DNA of 62,663 nucleotides, the filler included. It is 9 parts of 9 records of this genome, joined end to end, with 100 filler letters (N's around TTAATTAATTAA, not from the genome) between each part and the next. Parts side by side here need not be neighbours in the genome. Positions count along the whole stretch, not along the records: positions 38,018 to 46,773 come from SRR20825010_6385; positions 46,874 to 51,600 come from SRR20825010_6396; positions 51,701 to 56,749 come from SRR20825010_6413; 6 more parts are not named here. The stretch is one strand, 5' to 3'. The position numbers were made by a program, and so were the translations under genes. The notes beneath the pieces are model-generated. The model was given only the letters and a program-made list of their open reading frames with translations, ran no database searches and was not told the DNA's origin. This document shows positions 42,241 to 52,162 of this stretch, piece after piece. How positions within the stretch are numbered: position 1 is the first letter of the stretch; each line of letters begins with the position of its first letter.

Positions 42241-43689
42241 TCAGAATTCACAGTTACCTGGAGTTCTTGGGAATGGTATTACGTCACGAATATTGCCCAT
42301 TCCGGTGACGAACAGGATCATCCGCTCAAAACCCAAACCGTATCCACTATGCGGTACCGCTCCAAATCGGCGGGTATCAAGGTACCAACCCATTTCCTCA
42401 ACAGGGATGTGCATCTCCTTCATGCGGGTGATTAGGTTCTCCAGTCGTTCTTCACGCTGCGAGCCTCCAATGATTTCTCCAATACCAGGAAATAAAATAT
42501 CCATTGCCGCTACGGTCTTTCCGTCCTCATTCTGACGCATGTAAAACGCCTTGATGTCTTTCGGATAATTGTATAAAATCACCGGTTTTTTGAAATGCTT
42601 TTCTACCAAAAACCGCTCGTGCTCCGATTGCAAGTCAGCACCCCACTCCTCAATCAAATATTGGAATTTCTTCTTTTGATTGGGTTTGGATCGTTTTAGG
42701 ATTTCAATCGCCTCAGTGTAGCTCAATCGCTCAAAGTCATTTTCAACCACAAATTTCAAGCGCTCGATCAACGACAATTCATTGCGTTCTTGTTGTGGTT
42801 TGGATTGTTCTTCATCGGAAGCACGTTTATCCAAAAATTCCAGATCAGCCATGCAGTTGTCCAGTGCATATTGAACCAGATATTTGAGCATCTCTTCGGC
42901 CAGCCCCATGTTGTCCTGAAGATCGTAGAAAGCCATTTCAGGCTCGATCATCCAGAATTCAGCCAGGTGACGGGTGGTATTCGAGTTTTCTGCACGGAAA
43001 GTTGGCCCGAAAGTGTAAATCTCCGAAAGTGCCATAGCCGCAAGTTCCCCTTCCAGCTGGCCGGACACGGTCAAGTTGGTTTCCTTCTCAAAGAAGTCCT
43101 GAGCAAAGTCCACTCCTCCCTCTTCGTTTTTCGGAATATTATCCAAATCGAAATTGGTCACCTTAAACGCTTCTCCTGCACCTTCGGCATCAGAAGAGGT
43201 AATGATCGGCGTATTGATATAAAAGAATCCCTTCTCGTTAAAAAATTTGTGCACAGCAAAAGCCATGCTGTGCCGAATGCGCAAAATGGCGCTGAAAGTA
43301 TTTGTTCTCGGACGCAAATGCGCAATTTCCCGAAGGAATTCCAGGCTGTGTTTTTTTGGTTGAAGTGGATATTTATCCGGATCTGCCTCACCAAAGATGG
43401 TTATTTCGGACGCAACCAATTCACACGTTTGCCCAGCTCCATGGGATTCCACCAGCTCGCCGCTAGCGGATAAACTAGCTCCTGTGGTTATCTTCTTGAG
43501 AACTGAATCGCCAAACTTTTCAACATCGACCACAATCTGAATATTCGAGATGGTCGACCCGTCATTCAAAGCCACAAAGGCCACATTTTTACTCTCTCGC
43601 TTCGTTCTAACCCAACCCATTACAGTAACTTGTTTACCAATGGGTTCTGAGGATAGAATTTCCTTTATTTTAGTTCGTTGCTCTTTCAC
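42241..43689 (-). CDS. asnS: Asparagine-tRNA ligase
   Basis: [35 protein letters not shown]. Confidence 0.98.
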   Translation of the reverse strand: MKEQRTKIKEILSSEPIGKQVTVMGWVRTKRESKNVAFVALNDGSTISNIQIVVDVEKFGDSVLKKITTGASLSASGELVESHGAGQTCELVASEITIFGEADPDKYPLQPKKHSLEFLREIAHLRPRTNTFSAILRIRHSMAFAVHKFFNEKGFFYINTPIITSSDAEGAGEAFKVTNFDLDNIPKNEEGGVDFAQDFFEKETNLTVSGQLEGELAAMALSEIYTFGPTFRAENSNTTRHLAEFWMIEPEMAFYDLQDNMGLAEEMLKYLVQYALDNCMADLEFLDKRASDEEQSKPQQERNELSLIERLKFVVENDFERLSYTEAIEILKRSKPNQKKKFQYLIEEWGADLQSEHERFLVEKHFKKPVILYNYPKDIKAFYMRQNEDGKTVAAMDILFPGIGEIIGGSQREERLENLITRMKEMHIPVEEMGWYLDTRRFGAVPHSGYGLGFERMILFVTGMGNIRDVIPFPRTPGNCEF

Positions 43690-43771
43690 AATTACCGATT
43701 CCGTTTATTTATTTGGGTAGCGCAAAACAACGATATTTTAAGGTTTTAATCAAAGAATAGCATAATTATGA

Positions 43772-43779
43772 TAATTTTG
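43772..43779 (+). promoter_or_regulatory. Bacteroidota -7 promoter element upstream of rpoN
   Basis: TAATTTTG matches TAnnTTTG, 18 nt before the ATG. Confidence 0.5.
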
Positions 43780-43797
43780 ATTTGAGCGAACTCAGCT

Positions 43798-45228
43798 ATG
43801 CAAAAACTAGGATTAACACAGAGTCTCAGCCAAAAACTATCACCACAGCAAATACAATTTATCAAGTTGCTGCAGGTGACTACGGCCGAACTGGATGCTC
43901 GGATTGAAGAGGAGTTGGAAATCAACCCCGCACTGGAAGAGGGCCCGGAAGAAAAAGAGTATGATGCCGAAGATGATTATGAAGGGGAAGCAGATTCTGA
44001 ACGGGATAATATCGAGGAGTATTTACACGACGACTACTCTGGGTATAAGATGCAGGGTGATGGCAATGGACAAGAAGAGGACAGGGAGCTCCCTATTTCA
44101 GTTGGATCTACCCTTCATGAACAACTCATTAGCCAACTCGGTTTTGTCAAACTAACTGAAAGGGAACAACTCATCGGAAGACAACTCATTGGAAGTATAG
44201 ACGCTGATGGCTATATCCGAAGAGAGCTTGAGGCCATCATCAATGATCTGGCCTTTGCACAGGGTGTAGAAACAGATCTGGAAGAGCTGGAAAATGTCCT
44301 CTATAAAATTCAGGCGTTCGATCCGGCTGGGATAGGTTCCAGAAACCTGCAGGAATGTCTTATCCTTCAGCTTGAACGCAAAGACGAAGAATTGGAGACA
44401 GTAAAGCTCGCAAAACGAATTCTGGAAAAATGCTTCAATGAGTTTTCAAAAAAACACTACGACAGAATTGCTAAGCGACTCACCGTATCAGACGAGGAAT
44501 TGCTCAAAGAATCCATTTACATGATCACTAAACTAAACCCCAAACCCGGTGGAGTTGGCGAAGAGATCGTAAAAACACAATATTTAATCCCTGACTTCTT
44601 ATTGAGCAATGTCAATGGCAAACTGGAACTCACTTTAAACTCCCGAAATGCCCCTATGCTGAATGTTAGTCGTTCGTACTCGGATATGCTGCATGCCTAT
44701 GACAAGAGCGACAAAAAGGATAAGAAGTTAAAGGAAACAGTTACGTTTATTAAACAAAAGCTTGATTCGGCCAAGTGGTTCATAGATGCCATCAAACAAC
44801 GACAGCAGACGCTGCTGAACACCATGCAAACCATCATCGATTACCAGTTTGAGTATTTTCTGGATGGTGATGAAGGCAAACTACGGCCTATGATCCTAAA
44901 GGACATTGCCGATCGCATCCACATGGATATCTCTACCGTTTCCAGAGTGGCAAACAGCAAGAGCATCCAAACAGAATTTGGCATCTTCCCATTGAAATAT
45001 TTCTTCTCAGAGGGCATTGCTACAGATTCAGGTGAAGATGCTTCGAGTAGGGAAGTTAAAAATAAATTGAAGGAGTTTATAGACAATGAGAGCAAGTCAA
45101 AACCGCTTTCTGACGATAAGCTCGAAAATCTATTGAGAGCCGAGGGCTATAACATAGCAAGACGTACGGTAGCCAAATACCGCGAACAATTGAATATTCC
45201 GGTTGCAAGACTAAGAAAAGAGCTTTGA
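43798..45228 (+). CDS. rpoN: RNA polymerase sigma-54 factor
   Basis: Gln/Leu-rich region I, STVSR, RpoN box ARRTVAKYRE. Confidence 0.98.
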   Translation: MQKLGLTQSLSQKLSPQQIQFIKLLQVTTAELDARIEEELEINPALEEGPEEKEYDAEDDYEGEADSERDNIEEYLHDDYSGYKMQGDGNGQEEDRELPISVGSTLHEQLISQLGFVKLTEREQLIGRQLIGSIDADGYIRRELEAIINDLAFAQGVETDLEELENVLYKIQAFDPAGIGSRNLQECLILQLERKDEELETVKLAKRILEKCFNEFSKKHYDRIAKRLTVSDEELLKESIYMITKLNPKPGGVGEEIVKTQYLIPDFLLSNVNGKLELTLNSRNAPMLNVSRSYSDMLHAYDKSDKKDKKLKETVTFIKQKLDSAKWFIDAIKQRQQTLLNTMQTIIDYQFEYFLDGDEGKLRPMILKDIADRIHMDISTVSRVANSKSIQTEFGIFPLKYFFSEGIATDSGEDASSREVKNKLKEFIDNESKSKPLSDDKLENLLRAEGYNIARRTVAKYREQLNIPVARLRKEL

Positions 45229-45848
45229 TGTTGAAATGGTGCATGAAATTCATTTCTGCGGCATTCCATCCATTGCTGATGGCGAGCTACACCAGCATTA
45301 TTCTCTATTACCTCTACCCCTCCATATATAATCCCATTCCTGGCGATTATATTCGCTATTTCATCGCGGCAATCTTCATTACAACCTTCGTGATCCCGGC
45401 TATCAGCATCCTTTTTTTAAAAGCCACAAAAAGGATTAGCAGTCTGGAATTGACGAACCGGGAGGAGCGAATACTTCCTTTTGTCTTCATCATTGCTTTC
45501 TATGCGATGAGCACGTATATGTTTCATTCCAAACTTGGGATATCCTCATCGGTAACCGCCATGATGCTCCTTTCGACCGCATTGATTGTGGTACTAAGTC
45601 TGGTGAGCATCCGCTTCAAAGTAAGCATCCATGCAGCTGCCATTTGGGGGATGTGCGCTATTCTTACAGTTGTAGTGCTGAAATACCTAAGCACAAATCA
45701 GCTTCTGGCTTTATGCATTTGCTATATCCTTGCAGGAATAACGTCTACCTCTCGCCTCTACCTCAACCAACATACGGCCTTGGAAGTCTGGGTCGGAACG
45801 TTTATTGGCTTTGCCTTATGTCTGTTGGGGGGATTTTTCTTTGTTTAG
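45225..45848 (+). CDS. Membrane protein, PAP2-like
   Basis: FHPLLM, ER..PF, KVSIH, SRLYL..HT..EV..G, about six TMs. Confidence 0.65.
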   Translation: MMLKWCMKFISAAFHPLLMASYTSIILYYLYPSIYNPIPGDYIRYFIAAIFITTFVIPAISILFLKATKRISSLELTNREERILPFVFIIAFYAMSTYMFHSKLGISSSVTAMMLLSTALIVVLSLVSIRFKVSIHAAAIWGMCAILTVVVLKYLSTNQLLALCICYILAGITSTSRLYLNQHTALEVWVGTFIGFALCLLGGFFFV

Positions 45849-46549
45849 AAACCACTTATGTTAATACCAATTGTTGAGGCTCTAGGCATTCGATTACTGG
45901 CGTCAGGGTTATTCTTAAATAAATCGCTTAAATAATTTTTGTAATAAAAGTGAATGTTTCTAAAGCCGAAACGGAATTGAACGCCGTAACGATAGCCCGT
46001 CAAACCAAAGTCATCATATACCTTTGCCTTTTGCCAACCATCAGCCGTTTGGTACTTGGTTTTTGTGTGCGCTCCCATGCGCACTCCCGCAATACCTCCA
46101 ATACCAATAAACCAACCTTCTCCCTTTTCGGTACCTAAAGGATGTATCCTGAATTCCAAAGGAATTTCAAAATAGGTGATATTAAGCTTATTCTTGGTCA
46201 AATTGTGTGCACCGAATGCCCCAGACAGAGTGTCCAGGTTTATAACTCCAGATTGATCCAACCATGTATAATTATCCCAAAAAGCATATTTCTCAAAAGA
46301 AAACCCGGCAGCAGGATGAAACGCAATGTGATTGTTGATTTCAAATCTGCGACCATAATAGATGCTCACTGTATTTGATCCCCAACTCTTTACCGGTAAT
46401 TGATCTAGTTTCTTGTTCCAATAGCTAAAGCCAAAGTCGACCATCAAATCTCCAGGAAGATCTGGTTGAATTGGTCTGGTGGCATCCTGTGCGCTTAACT
46501 GAACCCCAATAAACAAGATCAAAACAATCCCACAAAGTCTCTTCATCAT
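45845..46549 (-). CDS. Outer-membrane beta-barrel protein (PorT-like)
   Basis: Signal peptide, YFEIPLEFR, alternating beta pattern, terminal Phe. Confidence 0.7.
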   Translation of the reverse strand: MMKRLCGIVLILFIGVQLSAQDATRPIQPDLPGDLMVDFGFSYWNKKLDQLPVKSWGSNTVSIYYGRRFEINNHIAFHPAAGFSFEKYAFWDNYTWLDQSGVINLDTLSGAFGAHNLTKNKLNITYFEIPLEFRIHPLGTEKGEGWFIGIGGIAGVRMGAHTKTKYQTADGWQKAKVYDDFGLTGYRYGVQFRFGFRNIHFYYKNYLSDLFKNNPDASNRMPRASTIGINISGF

Positions 46550-46704
46550 CTAAAATTTTCGGCAAAGATAAAATCAATTTTAAAACCTTTGTCTTTAACG
46601 CTGAGTTTATAATCAAATTACTAAATTTGTGCCCTATTTGATATGCACAGGAGTAAATTCTATTGAATTACTTCAGTGTCGAGTAGCATTCCAGAAGTCA
46701 AGAG

Positions 46705-46735
46705 TTTGGATTTAGTCTTCAGCTCCTTAAATTTG
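46705..46735 (+). promoter_or_regulatory. Bacteroidota promoter for the tRNA
   Basis: TTTG (46705-46708), 19-nt spacer, TAAATTTG (46728-46735), 12 nt before the tRNA. Confidence 0.6.
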
Positions 46736-46747
46736 TAAATAAGACAT

Positions 46748-46773
46748 GGCTTCCTAGCTCAATTGAATAGAGC
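46748..46773 (+). tRNA. 5' fragment of a tRNA (probably Arg; anticodon lost at contig end)
   Basis: GGCTTCC-TA-GCTC-AATTGAATA-GAGC gives acceptor strand plus D-arm. Confidence 0.7.
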
Positions 46774-46873
46774 NNNNNNNNNNNNNNNNNNNNNNNNNNN
46801 NNNNNNNNNNNNNNNNNTTAATTAATTAANNNNNNNNNNNNNNNNNNNNNNNNNNNNNNNNNNNNNNNNNNNN

Positions 46874-46982
46874 GGATCATCAATCTGCCTTCATGCGCCA
46901 ACGTCTTGAGAAAGGCGGCAGCGTGCTGGGCATTGGCTTGCATTTCCTCCGGGGGAGGCGGCAGTTTGGTCAGATCTTCCAT
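46874..46982 (-). CDS. ArsR/SmtB-family regulator, N-terminus (truncated)
   Basis: MQANAQHAAAFLKTLAHEGRLMI. Confidence 0.75.
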
Positions 46983-47040
46983 GGGACTCGCGGTTTGCTC
47001 TTTCAGAGCAATATAAACGCCTCGTTCCGGAAATGCGAGA

Positions 47041-48273
47041 TCATGATTCGGTTGCTGGCGCTCCGCCCTGAAACGCGTTGCCGTTTGCATGATCACAAGG
47101 CGCATCCTGCATCTGCAAGTGCAAGCCATCGCCGGTGTAGGGATGTGCGCGGGCCAGATCCTCATCAACTTCGATGCCCAGACCGGGCCCTTGTGGCGCA
47201 GGGATAAAGCCGTTCTCGACCTTGATGCTGCCCTTGATCAGCGCATCGTGGAACGGGGTCTCGATGCATTCGGCGATCAACAGGTTGGGGATCGAAACGG
47301 CAAGCTGGATATTCGCGGCCCATTCGATGGGACCGGCATACAGGTGGGGGGCCATCTGCGCGTTGAAACTTTCGGCCATAGCGGCGAGTTTGCGCATTTC
47401 CCAGATGCCGCCCGCGCGGCCCAATGCCGGTTGCAGGATGCTGGCCCCGCCGGTGCGCAACAGGGTGGCAAATTCGGCGCGGGTGGTCAGCCGTTCGCCA
47501 GTGGCGATGGGGATGCGGACGGCGCGCGCCACCTCGGCAAATTCCAACGGATTGTCGGGTGGGATCGGTTCCTCGAACCACAGCGGCAGGTAGGGTTCCA
47601 AGGCCTGCCCCAGACGGATCGCACCTGCGGTGTTGAACTGACCATGGGTGCCGAACAGCAGGTCGGCCCTGTCGCCGACCGCCTCCCGGATCGCCTTGCA
47701 AAAGGCGACGGACATGGAAATGTCGCGCATGCCCGGCTGATGGCCGCCGCGCATGGTGTAGGGGCCTGCGGGATCGCACTTGACCGCCGTATAGCCGCGA
47801 TCAACGCAGTCCAGCGCGGATTCAGCGGCCATTTCGGGCGAAGTCCAGAACTCATCCATGCCGTGTTTGGGCAAAGGATACAGATAGGTATAGGCGCGCA
47901 CGCGGTCATTGATCATGCCACCCAGCAACGCCCAGACAGGGCGATTGCGTGCCTTGCCCAGAATGTCCCAACAGGCGATTTCCAATCCCGAAAACGCCCC
48001 CATGACGGTCAGGTCCGGGCGCTGGGTAAAGCCGGAGGAATAGGTGCGGCGGAACATGCGTTCGATGTTTTCGGGGTTTTCGCCCTCAAAGTAGCGGGCA
48101 AAGACATCCTCAATCACGGCGCGCATCGCCTCTGGCCCAATCGATGAGGCATAGCATTCGCCCCAGCCAATGATGCCGTCGTCGGTCGTCAGTTTGACAA
48201 GGATCCAGTAACGCCCGCCCCAGCCGGGGGCCGGGGGCGCGGTGACGATGATGTCGAGATCGCGGAGTTTCAA
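47041..48273 (-). CDS. Mandelate racemase/muconate lactonizing enzyme family protein
   Basis: GIIGWGE, EIACWDILGK, WFEEP, ATGER, APH. Confidence 0.92.
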   Translation of the reverse strand: MKLRDLDIIVTAPPAPGWGGRYWILVKLTTDDGIIGWGECYASSIGPEAMRAVIEDVFARYFEGENPENIERMFRRTYSSGFTQRPDLTVMGAFSGLEIACWDILGKARNRPVWALLGGMINDRVRAYTYLYPLPKHGMDEFWTSPEMAAESALDCVDRGYTAVKCDPAGPYTMRGGHQPGMRDISMSVAFCKAIREAVGDRADLLFGTHGQFNTAGAIRLGQALEPYLPLWFEEPIPPDNPLEFAEVARAVRIPIATGERLTTRAEFATLLRTGGASILQPALGRAGGIWEMRKLAAMAESFNAQMAPHLYAGPIEWAANIQLAVSIPNLLIAECIETPFHDALIKGSIKVENGFIPAPQGPGLGIEVDEDLARAHPYTGDGLHLQMQDAPCDHANGNAFQGGAPATES

Positions 48274-48334
48274 GGCGGGCCCTCCTGCGGGAGTGATGTT
48301 GGACGCAGTGATGGATATTCGGCGAAAATCCGAG

Positions 48335-49423
48335 TTACGATTTGTCGAACACGATCACATTGCGGCGCGCGCCGCCACCCTTGGTATCGGCAATCGCCTC
48401 ATTGATCTGATCCAGTGACCAGCGGCCTGAAACCAGTTCATCCAGTTTCAGGCGACCCTGACGGTACAGGTCGGCCATCCACGGGATGTCGCGCTGGATC
48501 ACAACATCGCCCATCTTGGACCCGACCATCTGCTGCCCCATGAACGCCTGCACAACCGGCTCATAGCTGGCCATGGCACCGGAATGGGGCATACCGATCA
48601 TCACCATGCGCCCGCCCCAACCGAGGTAGCGCAATGCCTGATCATAAGCGGGGATCGCGCCCACGGTCACCGCCACCACATCCGCGCCACGGCCCATGAT
48701 GTCGGTGGCGATTTTCCAAGGGGCCGCTTCGCTGGCCAGCACGCCGTCGGTTGCGCCAAAGGCGCGGGCGGTTTCCAGCTTTTCCTCGCTCATGTCGACG
48801 GCGATGATCCGGCGTGCGCCGCCAATTCGCGCCCCCTGAATGGCGTTGAGGCCCACGCCCCCGGCACCGATCACCACCACGTCATCGCCCGGACGCATCT
48901 TGCCCGCATTGATCACGGCACCGATGCCGGTGATCACGCCGCAGGCCAGCAGGCAGACCGCCTCTGCCGGCATGTCCTGCGGCATGACGACAACCTGACT
49001 TTGATCGACGACCACCTTTTCTGCAAAGGCGCCGCAGAACATGGCCGGGATCACCGGCGTGCCATCGGGGCGCATCAGCACCGGATCGCTGCGTCGGTCG
49101 CCGATGCAGATGGTGGGCTGGCCGCCCGCACAATTGGGACAGGTGCCGCATGCGCGGATCAGGGTGACGACAACGCGGTCCCCTTCTTTCAGGTCGGTGA
49201 CGCCGCCCCCGATAGCGGTGACATGGCCTGCCGCCTCATGGCCGTACACGGCGGGCAGATCGCCGCCCCATGCCCCTTCGGCATAAGAAATGTCGGAATG
49301 GCAGATGGCGACCGCCTCCAGCGTGACCTCGATCTCTCCGGCGCCGGGTGCGCGGAGGTCAAGCTCTTCGATCTGGAGGGGCGCGTCGAAGGCGGTACAG
49401 ACCGCAGCGCGAATGCGTGGCAT
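48335..49423 (-). CDS. Zinc-binding alcohol dehydrogenase (class III-like)
   Basis: CHSD, GHEAAG, CGTCPNC...C, ACGVITG, GAGGVG. Confidence 0.92.
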   Translation of the reverse strand: MPRIRAAVCTAFDAPLQIEELDLRAPGAGEIEVTLEAVAICHSDISYAEGAWGGDLPAVYGHEAAGHVTAIGGGVTDLKEGDRVVVTLIRACGTCPNCAGGQPTICIGDRRSDPVLMRPDGTPVIPAMFCGAFAEKVVVDQSQVVVMPQDMPAEAVCLLACGVITGIGAVINAGKMRPGDDVVVIGAGGVGLNAIQGARIGGARRIIAVDMSEEKLETARAFGATDGVLASEAAPWKIATDIMGRGADVVAVTVGAIPAYDQALRYLGWGGRMVMIGMPHSGAMASYEPVVQAFMGQQMVGSKMGDVVIQRDIPWMADLYRQGRLKLDELVSGRWSLDQINEAIADTKGGGARRNVIVFDKS

Positions 49424-49516
49424 GGTGGAAGACTCCCCGTGTTTTGGCTGACCCTGAGGATGGGTTTGGGCCGTCGCCCGTCAGAAACCGACATGATGCC
49501 TGTCGCTTGCGGACCG

Positions 49517-50722
49517 TTACGTTACGGCAGGGAGGCGCCTCGGCCAGACAAAGAGCAGCAGCGCCGCCAAGACCAATGTCATAGCGACCAAAAAAGGCGC
49601 GCCGGGCAGGGGATTTTGCCTTTCAGGCGCGGTGAAGAGTGCAAAAACCTGAGACATCAGCGCGGGGGCCACCATCATGGCAACCGCCACAGTGGAGGTC
49701 AGCACGCCCTGCAACGCGCCTTGTTCGTCGGGGCCAAGGCGTTGACTGAGAATGGCTTGTTGTGCGGGGGCGTAGGTCGCGCCAATGGCCGCAATCGGGG
49801 CGAAGAAAAGCACCAGAGTGCCATTGGTCACCAGTCCCAGCGCGGCAAAGCCCACAGCCGAGACGGCAAGGCCGAGCGTTGCGGTGCCGCGTTCTCCGAA
49901 GACGCGCAGGAGCACGCCCATCAATCCGCCCTGCACGACGGCAAAGGACACGCCGAAGACTCCCAGTGATAGGCCGATCATGGCCGGCGACCATGCGAAT
50001 TGCGCCTGCGCAAAGAACGACCAGATCGCCGGGTAGGTGCCAAAGGCCACGTTGTACAGGAAATAGACGACCAGCGCGCGGGTCAAACCGGGCAGGCGGT
50101 TCAGGGCGCGAAAGGCCCCAAACGGGTTGACGCCGCGCCAAGTGACAGGGCGGCGATTTGCGGCGGCATGCGTTTCGGGAAAGCTCATCAGGCCAAGCAA
50201 AACGCCCGCGCCGCACAGCCCTCCTGCCGCCCAGAATGGCGCGCGTGTGCCCAGCTCTGCCAGCAGGCCGCCCAGCACCGGGCCAAGAACAAAACCCAGC
50301 CCAAAGGCTGCGCTGATCAGGCCAAAGCCGCGTGCGCGTTTGCCCGGTTCTGACAGGTCGGCAATGGCGGCGCTGGCGGTGGATTGCGTGGACGAGGCAA
50401 AGCCGCCGATCATCCGTGCCAGCACCAGCATCCAGAGCGTGTTGGCCAGCGCCAGAACGATATAGTCCAAGACCATGATCGCCAGGGTGCCCAACAGCAC
50501 GGGCCGCCTGCCATAGGCGTCAGACAGGCGGCCCATGAAGGGGGCAAAGAGGAACTGCATCGCCGCAAAGATCGTGCTGAGAACGCCGCCGATCAGCGCC
50601 GCCTCTGACAGGGGCTGGCCGGTCACTTCCTGAATCAGGTCCGGGACGACCGGCAGGATCAGGCCGATGCCCATGGCGTTCAGTGTCACGGTGGCCAGCA
50701 GAAAGACAACGCGCGGGCGCAT
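49517..50722 (-). CDS. TCR/Tet-family MFS efflux transporter
   Basis: GIGLILPV, GRLSDAYGRRPVLL, GFVLGP..GG. Confidence 0.9.
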   Translation of the reverse strand: MRPRVVFLLATVTLNAMGIGLILPVVPDLIQEVTGQPLSEAALIGGVLSTIFAAMQFLFAPFMGRLSDAYGRRPVLLGTLAIMVLDYIVLALANTLWMLVLARMIGGFASSTQSTASAAIADLSEPGKRARGFGLISAAFGLGFVLGPVLGGLLAELGTRAPFWAAGGLCGAGVLLGLMSFPETHAAANRRPVTWRGVNPFGAFRALNRLPGLTRALVVYFLYNVAFGTYPAIWSFFAQAQFAWSPAMIGLSLGVFGVSFAVVQGGLMGVLLRVFGERGTATLGLAVSAVGFAALGLVTNGTLVLFFAPIAAIGATYAPAQQAILSQRLGPDEQGALQGVLTSTVAVAMMVAPALMSQVFALFTAPERQNPLPGAPFLVAMTLVLAALLLFVWPRRLPAVT

Positions 50723-50729
50723 CGCCTGT

Positions 50730-51600
50730 TCAGGCCGTCAGCGAGGTGACGGCCTTGGCAAATGCCTGCGCCTCTGCCGGGGCGGTGCCCATCTGGGTTG
50801 CCGGATCAAACAGGGTTTGCGGCAGATCGGGATGGGCCGCGCGGGCGACCTCTGACAGAGGGCGGCCGCTGGCGATGGCCTCTTTGCACAGGTTCTTTGA
50901 CAGGGCCTGCGCCTCTGGCCGGGGCATGGAGTCCGCCAACGCAAAGGACAGCGCCTCTGCCATGAGCAGCCCGCCGGTGGCGTCCAGCGTGGCCGCCATG
51001 GCGTCGGCGTCGGGGGTCAGCGTTTCTGCCAGTTCCTGCGCATGGGTCATCGCGGCGGCTGAGGTCAGCACCAGTTGCGGCAGGCAAAGCCATTCGGTGA
51101 ACCATGCCGCGCCGTCGCGCTGCTGGCGGTGCAGGCTGGTGCCTTGCAGGGTCGCGTCCAACCCCTGCGCATGGCGGGCCAGCGCCACCAGTGCGGAGGG
51201 GGCTACCGGGTTCTGTTTCTGCGGCATGGTTGACGACGCACCAGAGCCGCCCAACCGTACCTCGGAAATGCCGCTTTGGGTGGCAAGGGTCAAATCTTCC
51301 CCCATCTTGCCAGCGATCAGCGCTGTGCGCGTGAACCATGAGGCGATGGATAGGAGCGGCGTGCGGTCGCTGTGCCAGCTATGCCCCGGATCGCCCAGCC
51401 CCAGCGCCTCTGCCATGTGGGCACGCAGGCCCGCCGGGTCCGTCCCCAGCGCGGACGCGGTGCCCGCCGCGCCGGACAGCGAAACCCGAAGCGCAGTTTC
51501 ACGCAAAGCGGGCAGGGCGTTCAGCGCCTCAATCAACGGCCAGCCCCATGCGGCGACCTGCGCGCCAAAGCTGGTTGGCGTGGCGTGCTGGCCATAGGTG
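50730..51600 (-). CDS. pcaB: 3-carboxy-cis,cis-muconate cycloisomerase-like lyase (fumarase/ASL superfamily), 5'-truncated
   Basis: TYGQHATPTSFG, SSTMPQKQNP signature. Confidence 0.75.
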
Positions 51601-51700
51601 NNNNNNNNNNNNNNNNNNNNNNNNNNNNNNNNNNNNNNNNNNNNTTAATTAATTAANNNNNNNNNNNNNNNNNNNNNNNNNNNNNNNNNNNNNNNNNNNN

Positions 51701-52001
51701 CAAGGGCTGGATGGGCCGCGCCGACCAGACGACCAAGATCAAGGGGATGTTTGTGCGCCCCGAGCAAGTCGCCCAACTGGTGGCCAAACACGCCGAGATC
51801 GCGCGCGCGCGTGTCGTCGCCACCCGCGAGGGTGAGATGGACATGATGACCGTGCGAATCGAGACAGACAGTGGCGATGCCGCCGCCTTTGAGGGCAGCG
51901 TGGCCGAGGTACTGAAGCTGAAAGGCAAGGTCGAGTTGGTGCCGCCGGGCGCACTGCCGCGTGACGGGCTGGTGATCGAGGATCAGCGGACCTACGACTG
52001 A
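51701..52001 (+). CDS. Phenylacetate-CoA ligase-like AMP-binding protein, C-terminus
   Basis: KGWMGRADQTTKIKGMFVRP...LPRDG.VIEDQR. Confidence 0.8.
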
Positions 52002-52162
52002 AACTGCGCAAGCCCTTGCCGCAGCGGCGGAAAGCCGCGTGTGGCAGGGGGCTGTCGCGGGTGATTGGGCGAAACACCGCCATTTTCCCCGCGCGCGCCG
52101 CTTGCCCTGACATGGCGTCGCGGTAGGCTTTGTCCCAATGCAGAAGGCGGGGAGGAAAGCTC

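Noticed and set aside
49517-50722. Acquired tetracycline resistance gene
   Set aside because: It is a generic TCR-family MFS within a chromosomal operon, with no tetR or mobile element.
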